NCBI GenBank assembly: GCA_016748015.1
Contig: JAAOMT010000635.1
Coordinates: 4,696 to 31,275 of the forward strand
Direction: 5' to 3'
From: Geosiphon pyriformis uo1
Taxonomy: Eukaryota > Fungi > Glomeromycota
DNA: 26,580 nucleotides
Shown: in pieces, positions 12,726 through 23,084 of the stretch
Layout of the letters: every line of letters starts with the position of its first letter
Numbering within the stretch: the first letter of the stretch is position 1
Program-made: the position numbers and the translations under genes
The notes under the pieces: model-generated
Told to the model about the DNA's origin: nothing
What the model saw: the letters and a program-made list of their open reading frames with translations, nothing else
Database searches by the model: none

Positions 12726-13536
12726 CAATATATTAATTTTAATTTTTTTGACAATAAATTATTTTTCTAAAAAAGTATATTTTAAAATTTAGTAAAAAAA
12801 TTTAAAGAAATAAATAATTTTTTAATTTATGTATTTTATTATTCCAAAAAAAATTGATAAAATCTTTGTATATTATAAATTTTGAAAAAATATCTCTTTT
12901 CAAGTACTTTTATAATTCTTTTACCAATTTATTTCGTTTATTAAGATAATTTCAAAGTTCTTAAATAAAATCATAAAAAAGCTGCTTGATTTTTATGTAA
13001 TGTAATATGCTGTATTGTTTTGATTAATACAGCTTTTAATATAGAATTATTCTAATTAGTTAAGTTTTCATGATAACAAGATTATTTGTGGATTTATGTA
13101 AACATATCTATTGCCAACATTTTTTCTTGGTCATTGTTATTTTGTTTTAAAGAGTTGGAAAATAGATAAATTAATTCATTAAAACAATTGACCAGTTCTT
13201 TTGCTGTAAATACATTTTTGATCTATTTCAATCAAATAAGGGTAAATAATTTCAGTCTTTATATAGCTAAACAAATATATGCTCTTTGATTTCAGAAAGA
13301 TTTTTAAAAACTATTTTCTTATTAAAACAAATTGAATATACATAGTAAATCTTGTTAAACCAAAAATAATTGATCAACTATAATAATTGTTTTTCCTAAT
13401 CTGAAAAATATTTTGAAATATCCAAAAAAAAATTATTTATTTGAAATAAAAGTTTATTTTATTTAGTATTTTTAAACCATTATTTTGTAATTATAGGAAA
13501 CTTTATATAAAAAAAAATTTCATCTGTTGTATTCAC

Positions 13537-14509
13537 TGTTACCAAAAGTTTTTGGTCTCTTTTTTTGAATGTTGTTAACGTTGATTTGCTGTGAATTCAC
13601 GTTTTTCAGGAAGTAGTTGAATCTCTAATAAATGAATTTATCTTCAAATTATCTCCTATAATTTGAACTGCTGGGCTTATAAGTAGAATGACCAATTCTT
13701 TGCCAGTTACTTTATGTAGTTACATTGTAGTAAATGTCAACTTTTTCCTAGAAATTGCTCGTCTAGAAGTTCACTAAAAATGTGTAGTTACTTTGCTGTA
13801 AAAGTCAACTCTTCTACAGAAAGCTTATCTGTAGGCTACTCTAATGATTGTAATAAGAAAATAAAAAAAATATAAAAAAAATATAAAAGAAAATAAAATT
13901 TTGTCAAGAGAAACATTTTTTATCCAGGCTTGGAGTTACTAACAGATTATTGAAATTGGTAGCTAATCAATTTCAAAACGTTAGTTGTGTTGAGAGAATT
14001 TCAAGTATAATAATTTAAGAATTTGGTTTTTGAATATTTAATTTTTATTTAAATGTGTAAAAAGTAATTTGTTTCAATTAAGATATCTAAAGTAGAATAC
14101 TATGGTAAGATACTATAAGAAGATATATTTTTTTAAAGAGAGAAGCTCTTCTTTTATACAACTTGTTGTAGTACTAGTTTTTGAACTTGCATTTTTCTCT
14201 TTGCTATAATTTGGGCAAACTAAAGATACATTTCGGCAAACTACAAGTTATTTCACTGAACTATTAATTATTTCGGCAAATTTTCATTAATTTCGGCGAA
14301 TTTTGATTATGTTAAATAGTTCAGGGTATTGTGTAATTTGATTATCTTAATTTCTAGAGTACAAATCGAATTATTGATTAAGTAATAATATTTGATAATT
14401 TAATTAAATAATAAGTAATAATCAAAATAATAATATTATATGCTAATTAATAATAGGAATTATAAAAGTAATTTCATGCTAATTAATAGTTAAAATTCTA
14501 CTGATAATA
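13537..14509 (-). repeat. Putative 3' LTR of element A
   Basis: Begins right after the purine tract GAAGAGAAGA as TATTATC (TGTTA with G>A). It contains TTTCGGCAAA-like repeats (14211-14300) and TATAAAAG (~14151-14158, minus). A candidate end ...GGTAACA lies at 13537. There is no paired copy, so the distal end is uncertain. Confidence 0.55.
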
Positions 14510-15197
14510 TAATCTTCTCTTCAAGACTGAGCTCTGTCAAAATCCAAGCACTATTTGTAATGTTAAGATAGTGGTCCAAGATAATTGAAGTAATTTGGTC
14601 TGAAAATTGTTGAAATTTTAGTTCTGTGAGTTTTCCAATATATTGAATTTTCATTGAATAAAGTATTGGATTTTGTAGAACGTTTTTACAAGTATTGAAT
14701 AAATTATAGAGTTTAGATACTGCTCTAAGTTTGTAGCAAGTGTTTGTTGGTCTAGCTGCTGTCTTGAATTCATTGTGAATTTGTTTTTGTATAGTCTCAA
14801 GAGTGATGTTGGTTGCTTCAAGTTCCAGTTTTTGTTCATAAACTGTTTTTTCAATATGAAAATATCTATATATAAGAGTATATTCATTGTTCTATTCATT
14901 AAGAAATAGTAGAAGTTTTTGTTGTATTGTGGCATTTGGTGGAATGTCAATAGGGGCAATTAAAAGGTTTTCTTTTAGTGCTTGTTTCAAAAGTTTTGAT
15001 AATTGATTTCCAGAGTGACCTCTTGTTTTTTTTCTATAGAGATAATAGTTTTGAGAATTATTTACTACTGGGACTGTAGTTTCTTTCTAAATATAATTAA
15101 TTTGACTTCTATTAATCGTTATAGATAAGTCAGGAAGTGTTTTTAAGGCTAACATTAATTTTTGGGATATTTGTTGAATATTTTGAGGAATAATTAT
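14490..15197 (-). pseudogene. Element A extra ORF (ORF3) downstream of integrase, unknown function
   Basis: Frameshifted reading: IIPQNIQQISQKL...ITINRSQINYI...YRYFHIEK...RAVSKLYNLF...KLTELKFQQF. It is homologous to element B ORF3. The ORF-track frame (14651-14959) is mostly the wrong frame. Confidence 0.7.
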
Positions 15198-15352
15198 GAT
15201 AAAAATTGACTAATTAATAAAGAAAAAGAATAAAGAAATTATTTTTGGATATAGAGTTTTTATTTGTTTTTGGGTTTGAGTGTTTTTTGTAATTATTTAC
15301 TATTTTTGTTTTTATGTTTGTGTATTTAGAAAGGGTTTGTGAAAATGTTAAA

Positions 15353-16735
15353 TTAAGTGTTCAAGTTTGGTTGTTGTTCTATTATAATTATTGGTTCTAA
15401 ATTTCGGGGAATATCTTCAGAATCAATTAAAGAAGAATGTGTACCAATTTGTAGAATTAATAGTTTAAGATTGTTTCTAGAGTGATTGTGTTTCAATCTA
15501 TCTTCATGTGCAACTTTTGCCAGTACTTTGTTATCAAGTCTTAATTTGTATGATTCATTGCCTAGAATTTTGTGGATATAAAATGGTCCATCTTATTTAT
15601 GTTTAAATTTTCCACTTCATTGTTTTTCAGCCTTAGTTCTGTGTAAAAAAATTTTATTTTCAATCTTAAATTCATTGGTAACTGATGGCAGTTTGTTGTC
15701 ATGCCTTTCTTTTTGTAGGGCTTGAGAGTATTCAATATGAATGACTGCTATGTGTCTTTTTCTTTCCAATGTACTAAGAAGAGTGTAGGCTCTTCTTTGG
15801 AGTGTTTCTTGAAAGTTTTTTTTATTAATTGATTGTACTGAATATGTTTTCACTGTAAAATTAATCGGTAATATTGCTGTCTTTTCATAAGTAAGATCAA
15901 ATGGTATGTGTTTCATAATATCTTGTTTTAGTGTTCTGTATGCTAGTAACACTGATAGAATAAAGATATCCTATTCCTGCTCAAAATCTGTTAAGACTTT
16001 GGCTAAAGATTTACACAATGTTCTGTTGAATCATTCTATAAGTTCATTTGTTTGAGGATGATAAGGTAATGATAGAGGTCTTTTGACATTGAATTGTTCA
16101 CAAATTTCTTGTATCAAGTTGTTCACAAAATGTATTCCTTGATCAGATAAAAGTTCAATTGGGCATTTATGTCTACAAATAATGTCTTTATAAATGAAAT
16201 TTGCTACTGATTTTGCATTTGCTTGGATGGCTCTAGCTTTAGGCCATTTGGTGAGATAATCTACTATAACTGCAATATAATAATTTCTTTGAATTGTGAT
16301 AGATAATGGTCTGACTAAATCAATTTCAACTCTGTTAAAAAGTTGTCCAACTTTGATTGAATTTAAAGATTCTATGGGGTGAATTCCTTCTCTTCTTTGA
16401 CAACTATTACAAGATTTTACATATTGTTAAATGTCTTTTTGCATGTGGAGCCAAAAATAATGTTCAAGAGTTTTTGGAATTGTTTCATTTCTTTCTAAGT
16501 GTGCTGAAGAAAGATCTGTGTACATGTTGTATAAAATTGTTTCTTTTTTATTTTCCTGTACTAATCTGAATAGTTGGTTTGGGTTTTTGCAATTTTTGTA
16601 ATAAATTTTGTTGTGGTATATGAAATATTGTTTGAATTGGTATTGTAATCGATGTTTTTCACTTAAAAACCAATCTTCTGACATGGTTAAAGTCTTCAAA
16701 TAGTTTTTAAGGTTGTTGTAATTTCTAAAATCCAT
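15353..16735 (-). pseudogene. Element A integrase (HHCC, DDE core, GPF/SH3-like C-terminus)
   Basis: Own ATG (MDFRNY) and zinc-binding region (SAHL...CKSCNSC). Core motifs are IDLV, YLTKWPKA, SDQGIHF, YHPQTNELIE and LLAYRT. The C-terminus DGPFYI...IPRNLEPIIII stops at 15353. Confidence 0.9.
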
Positions 16736-16790
16736 GGTTGTTTTGTTGTTTTGTTGGTAGTAGTAAGTTGTGGTGGATTTGTTGTTGGTG

Positions 16791-18504
16791 TTAATCTTGT
16801 CTCATTCTTAAAAAACCATTAACATTGGTGTATAATTTTCTTGGTTTGTGGTGTACAATATACTTGTAGTCTGCTAGAAAATTATTCTATCAAGACTGTT
16901 TGTTCAGTTTTTTTTTTATTGAGCTATTTGAGACCAATATTGTCAGTTATAATATCAAATTTTTTTCCATTTTTCAGATATTGTTGAAAATGTTTAAGAG
17001 CCCAAATAACTGTAGCAGCTTCTAATTCAGTTGAGCCATATTTGAGTTCTGTTGGCTTGAGTGTTCTATTGGCATAAACAATAACTTGTTTTTGGCCATT
17101 TTCATCTAATTGTAATAAGATAATACCAAATATCATATGTAAAGCATTAGTAACTAGTTGGAACTGTTTGTTGAAGTCTGGGTAAACAAAAACTGAAGCT
17201 GTTGTCAATTTTGTTTTGAGGGTTTCAAAAGCTTTTTGTTGTTCTTTAGTCTATTGGTATGGCACATTTTTGTTGATAAGATAATTGAGTGGTTTGGCAA
17301 TTTCTGAGAATTTTTTTATGAATTTTCAATAGTAAGAGACTAATTCTATAAATCCTCATAACTCTGTAGTATTTTTGGAAGTTTGAAAGTTTTTGACAGC
17401 ACTGATTGTTCTAGAATTTGGTTTGATTTCATCTTTGCTAACAATGTGTTCAAGAAAAATTAGGCTTGTTTTTCCAAAGTGATATTTCTCAATGTTCAAC
17501 TTTAATTCTGCTTTCCATAATTGTTGAAAAATTTCTTGCAGATAAATGAGATGGGTTTCAAAGCTTGGTGAGTATATATTGGTATTATCAAGATAAACAA
17601 CTACTGATTGCCATAAAAGCCCTTTATATACAACATTTATAAGTCGCTGAAATATTGCTGGTGCATTGCAGAGTCCAAAAGGCATAACATTGAACTCATA
17701 GTTCCCTTCTTGAGTGGTAAATGCTGTTTTGGATCGATCTTTTGGGTCCATTTCGACTTGCCAGTATCTACTTTCTAAGTCTAAAGTTGAGAAGAACTTG
17801 GCTTTTTCTAAGACATCCAGCATATCATCAATTCTTGGAAGAGATTAGACATCTCCAATTTTCATGCTGTTGAGCTGATAATAATCTACACAGAATCTGA
17901 TTTTTCTGTTTTTCTTTTTAATAAAAACTACTGGTGAGGCTCAAGGACTTCTTGATAGTTGAATCAATTCGTTATTGAGTATTCTTTAGATCTCTTCTCT
18001 GATAAATTAATGGCTAGCAGATGGAACTTGAAAGGTTTGTTGTTGTTTTGGTAGAGCATCTCCTGTATGGATCTGATGTTGAACAATATCAGTTTTTCTA
18101 AAATCATTGTTGTTTTTTGCAAATATATCTGCAAATTCAGCTATTAGTTGTTTTAATTGTCTTTGTTGTTGGGATTCTAAGAGACCCATATTGATTCGAA
18201 AAAGTTTTTCTTCCAACAGATAATAGTTTTCAGTAGTAGGGGTGATGCTTGAATTTGAAAATAGAGTATGTCTTATAATTTCGATGAAATTAGAAACAAT
18301 TTGAGGGTTTTTATCTTGGAAGATATTGCTGTTATTACAAGTGATTATTTGGGGTCTCAAAGCAAATAACAAACCTGTAACTTGATGCTTAGTTGATTTT
18401 GTTGGCATTGATCCCAAGATATTGTTATCTGAAGGTTTTAGTTGAGACCTTTGTATAATGGACAGAGATTTAATAGTTGTTTCAGTAGTTTCCCAGAATC
18501 GCAA
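16791..18504 (-). pseudogene. Element A reverse transcriptase + RNase H
   Basis: RT motifs QHQIHTGDA, FSTLDL..YWQV, KTAFTT, VMPFGLCNAPAIFQR and YLDN (YLDD, 17584-17595). RNase H motifs YANRTL..YGSTELEA and ITDN. NVNGFLR (NADGLSR) is followed by a stop at 16791. Confidence 0.92.
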
Positions 18505-18639
18505 TTCTGTTGAATTTTTTTCTCAGCATGATGGCTGGTAATCCTCCTGGTAAGCTATTCTCAAATCTATGAGTGTTTTACCCTTGTTTCACGGGTCTTT
18601 TATCAGTTCTTATGATGTCTGTACTTCAATGCTTAATCC

Positions 18640-19144
18640 TTAATTAATTAGTAAAACAAAAGAATAACAAAGAAAATAAAACAAATAAAAAGAAATAAGA
18701 AAATAAGCCAAGGCAGTAGTAAGTTAGTATTCCGTTAATAGCTGTGATTAAGAGCTATTGTTCTCATATAGTTAAGTATTAATTACTATTAACATGAAGT
18801 GTTAATAGTGGAAAGTAGATTGAGATAATAAATAATTATTTATTTGTGATGTAGAAGATTGCTTAGATTAAATCTAAACTGAGAGGTTTGTCTTTTCTAC
18901 TTCTAATGCTAATATTATATATATATAATTAAGATTCTTTAATTCCTTAATTCTTTACACCAGAAATCCTAGAATTCCTGGAATCCTGCAATTTTTCTGA
19001 GAAAAATTCTGGAATTCTGCAATTCTGCAATTCTTTGTACAAAAATCTTGAAATTTCTGGAATTTTAGAATTCCACATTTATTATGGTTACTTCTGATTG
19101 GCTAATTTATATGCTATTATACTTCTTATATTCTATAAGTAATA
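18640..19144 (-). repeat. Putative 3' LTR of element B
   Basis: Starts TATTAC (TGTTAC) after the purine tract AAAAGAAGAAAA. It contains GGAATTCTGCA-like tandem repeats (18940-19075) and a TATA run at ~18915-18927. The distal end is either 18800 (..TTAACA) or ~18640. Confidence 0.5.
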
Positions 19145-19157
19145 TTATTTTCTTCTT

Positions 19158-19809
19158 TTAATATTGAGCTTCATTGAGATCTTTTAATTTTAATTCTTTA
19201 TCTTTGAGTATTTTTTGAACTTCTTTCTTAAGAATTACTTGGGCTATCTTGTTCTGTAATTTTTTGAATTGAGTATTGGTTATTTTTCTCATTTGGTTAA
19301 TGGTTATAGAATCTATTTCTGAATCAAGTAAGATCTCTGATCGATCTTGAAATTTTATGTATAGCCAGTAAATAGCTCTTGCTTGTGTAGTCAAATTGTT
19401 CTTTCTCACAAATTGTTCTAGTTGTTGCAATATAATCATGTCAAATAATTGTTTTGTTTTATCTATGTATAAGTTCTGAATGTTCAAGTATTGTCCTAAG
19501 TGAAAGTAACAAAAGTTTTTTGGAAATTGTTATATCCACCAATTCCAAATTTCTATAATTAACTCTTGATATTGAGTAACTTTTGGTTGTGTTTCTATTG
19601 TCAATTTTACTTAAGTGATTATTTTGTTCAGAGTGTTTTCTGTTTTTTTCCATATTTTATCCTGTGGTCTTTTTTTAGTGTTTGTGTATCTAATAGTTTG
19701 TTAGTTAATTGTAATTTCTATCTCTTGTTATTGAATCAGTTAAAAAAGTTGTTGTGCCAGTGAGTGAATGCTGTTAGTAATTTCTATTTTCTGCTGTTTT
19801 TTGTTGCAT
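19158..19809 (-). pseudogene. Element B extra ORF (ORF3) downstream of integrase, unknown function
   Basis: Reads ITNSIHSLAQQLF*LIQ*QEIEITIN*QTIRYT...CYFHLGQYLNIQ...RAIYWLYIKF...KITNTQF. Internal stops are TAA, compatible with CAA>TAA. It ends at the PPT. Confidence 0.75.
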
Positions 19810-19846
19810 ATTTTATGTCTTTATATATCTTTTTGGTTGTTCAATT

Positions 19847-21222
19847 TTACATATTGGGTTCAATGATTATAATTGGTTCTAGATCTCGTGGAATCTTATT
19901 TGGTTTAACTAATATTCTTTGTATTCTTAATTGTGAAATATTACTAATAGATGATAATATTATATAGTGGTATTGTTTTAGTTGATTACCATGTGCTGCT
20001 TTGGTTAAGATTTTGTTGTTCAACCTTAATTTATAAGCTTTATTTCTAAAAAATTTTTCTATGTAAAATGGTCTATCTCATTTGAGATCAAAATTTTCAC
20101 TTCATTGTTTTTCTATTTTAGTATGATATAAAAGTACTTTGTTTCCAATCTTGAATTCAACTGGTTTCTCTGATAGTTAGTTATTGTGTCTTTCTTTTTG
20201 TTTTTTTTGTAACTTTTAGATGTTATTAGCTGCTCTTTGCTGTGTGTTTTCTAATATCTTCATTAAGTCATATGTTTTTCTCAACAATGTTCTTTGAAAA
20301 TTCTTTTCTGTTATTGGTTTTGTTGGATATGTTCATATTTTTATCTCCACTGGTAATATTGCTGTTCTACCATATACTAATTCAAATGGTGTTATTTGTG
20401 TAGTATCTTGTTTCATTGTTCAATAAGCAAATAATACTGATGGTATGAACAAATTCCATTTGTCTTGATTTTTTTGGCTGATTTTGGCAATTGCTTTGCA
20501 CAAAGTTCTATTGAATTTTTCAACTAATTCATTGGTTTGTGAATGATATGGTAATGACAATGGTCTTTTAATTCCAAATTTTTGACTTAATTCTTCTAAT
20601 GTTCTGTTTACAAAATAGATTCCTTGATCTGATAATAGTTTTTTTGAACATCTATGTTGACATATTAAATCTTGATAAACAAATTCAGCAATGAATTCAG
20701 CATCTGCTTTTTGAATGACTTTTGCTTTTGGCCATTTTGTAAGATAATTCATGGCTATAGCAATATATCTGTTGTTTTTACTGGTGATTGTCAATGATCT
20801 GACTAAGTCAATTCCAATACAATTGAATGGTTGTCTTACTTTGATTGGTCTCAATGATTTACTGGGTTTTGTTTTATCTCTTCTTTAACAAGCATCACAA
20901 TTTTGTACATATTGAATAATTCCAGATACATTGATGGCCAATAGTATTTTTTTCTGGTTTTTTTCATGGTTGCTTCTTTATGAAAATGTTCTGCTGTTGG
21001 ATCTGAGTGCATATTGAATAATATTGTCTCTTTCTCTGGTTCTGTAATTACTCTGATTGGTTGATCTGGATTTTTTTTGTTCTTTTGGTAAAGTATATTT
21101 TAATGATTGATAAAATATTTTGATTGTTGTTTTATGTTTCTTTGTTTTTTTTGAGATAATTTCTTCTTGAACAATTGGGTATTTATATAATGTTAGAGTT
21201 GTTGATATTTTTGTATATTCAT
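19847..21222 (-). pseudogene. Element B integrase
   Basis: Own ATG (MNIQKYQQL) and HHCC region (MHSDPTAEHF...CDAC). Core motifs are GIDLV, SDQG, YHSQTNELVEKFN and LFAY. The C-terminus reads DRPFYI...IPRDLEPIIII. Confidence 0.9.
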
Positions 21223-21253
21223 CTTTTGTTATATTTTTGAGTTGAAATGTCTT

Positions 21254-22600
21254 CTAGATTTGTCTTATTCATGACAATCCATTAGCATTTCCATTTTTTT
21301 TTTCTTTTTTGTAATGTACTGTGTAATTAAATAGTGAAAGTTCTATCTTCTATCTGGCATAATAATTATTTGTAAATTTTTGTTTCTAGATTAAAGTCAA
21401 TTCTTTGTGATCAGTGTATATGTCAAACTTTTGACTAAAGTATTTTTTCCATTTGATGACAGCCTAATAGATAGCTAAGTGTTCTAGTGCTGAAGTTCTA
21501 TAGTTCTTTTCCACTGGGCTTAAGCTTCTATTGGCATAAGCTATTGGATGTTCTTTTCTATCTGGTTCTTTCTGTAATAGTACTGCTCTCAATGCTTGGC
21601 CTAATGCATCAGTAGTAATGATGAATGGTTTGCTGTGATCTGGATACATCAACACTAAAGCTTGAATAAGCTTTATTCTTAGTATGTCGAACATTTCTTA
21701 TTGAGCTTCTGTTCATTCATATTTTATATTTTTAGTTTGTAAATGATAGAATGGCTGAGCCAGTTTAGAAAAGTTCTTGATAAAACAGCAATAATAGCCT
21801 GTGAATCCCAAAAATACTCTCAGTTTTGTCAAGTTGGTTGATACTGGAAAGTTTTTTACTATTGCAATTTTGTCTGGATCTGTTTTGATACCATCTTTGC
21901 TTACAACATGTTTCCGAAATTTGAGTTTTGTTTTTTCAAAGAAACATTTGTTTGCATTTAACTTCAATCCTGCTCTTCTCAATCTTTCAAACACTTGTTG
22001 AAGATGATATAGATAATTATCAAATATCTTGGAAAACACATTTGTGTTGTCTAAGTAAACAACTATAGATTTCATAGTAGTCTAGTATAGACAATTTCTA
22101 TGAATTATTGGAATGTGGCTGAAGCATTTATTAAGCTAAATGACATAACTTTGAACTTAAAATTTCTTTCTCATGTTGTGAAAGCTGTTTTTTTTTTATC
22201 TTTTGGTTTCATGGCTACTTGCCAATAACCACTGTCTAGATCTAGAGTTGAGAACCATTTTTTCCCTCCAAAAGCATGAAAAAGTTTTTGGATCTTTGGA
22301 GTTAGATAGCTATCTCCTTTTATTACTCCATTCAGTTTTCAGTAATTCACACAAAAACAGATCTTTCTATTCTTTTTATGGACTAGTATCACTGGTGGTA
22401 ATTATGGGTTCATTGATGATTGAATTAATTTGTTGTCAAGCATCTGATTGATTTCTTGACAAATAATCTCATGGCTGGCTGGTGGTACTCTATATGCTTT
22501 CTGTTTAATTAGCATTGCATCTCCAGTCTTGATTTGGTGTTAAATGATGTCAGTTTTGCCAAATTTGTTTTTGCTGGCAAAAATGTCATTGAAGTTGTTA
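21254..22600 (-). pseudogene. Element B reverse transcriptase + RNase H
   Basis: RT motifs HQIKTGDA, FSTLDLDSGYWQV and YLDN (22046-22057). RNase H motifs TDALG, IAYANRSL..EKNY...LEHLAI and YTDHK. NANGLS* (NADGLSR) is followed by a stop at 21254. Confidence 0.92.
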
Positions 22601-23084
22601 AGTAACATTTTGAGTTGCATACATTGTAATGGATCTAGATTTCCCAAGTTTATCTGTTCCAATTGTTTTGGTTGAAGCAGATAACATTTTTTTTTGTTCA
22701 TATATTGTCTGAGATGTAATATTCACATATCTGCATAGTTGTGAAAAGTCTGGAATGGTGTTTGGTAATTGTTCTTCAATTTCAGTAGTTAAATATCCAA
22801 TGATGATTCTTTCTGGTATCTTAATAATATCTCCCATGTTGTTGTAAATAGGAATTTTGATGTAGTTGTGGTTTTTTGCTGGTATGTGTAGATTAACTAA
22901 TCCAATTTTTTTTGATTCACAAAGGATTGTTTCCACTTCAAAAATTTGAACCTAATTCTTCACTTTTCTTCTTATGGTTACCATGTACTGATTATATGAT
23001 AGAATAAAAATTGGTTGATGAATAAAGATAATTTCTCTCTTGTCAACAATTTTTTTTTCTGCCATATTAACTGATACATCTATT

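Larger units (their letters stand above)
13537..18590 (-). mobile_element. Ty3/gypsy LTR retrotransposon A (5'-truncated: RT, RNase H, integrase, ORF3, putative 3' LTR)
   Basis: Domain order RT-RH-IN on the minus strand, with a PPT-like tract at ~14510-14525. No gag, protease or 5' LTR was found. Boundaries are approximate. Confidence 0.9.

Noticed and set aside
14490-15197. Calling ORF3 env or a chromodomain
   Set aside because: No signal peptide, TM segment, furin site or chromodomain aromatic motif was seen.
13537-19144. Treating the two LTR-like regions as paired LTRs of a single element
   Set aside because: No sequence identity is visible between them, and each follows its own PPT.
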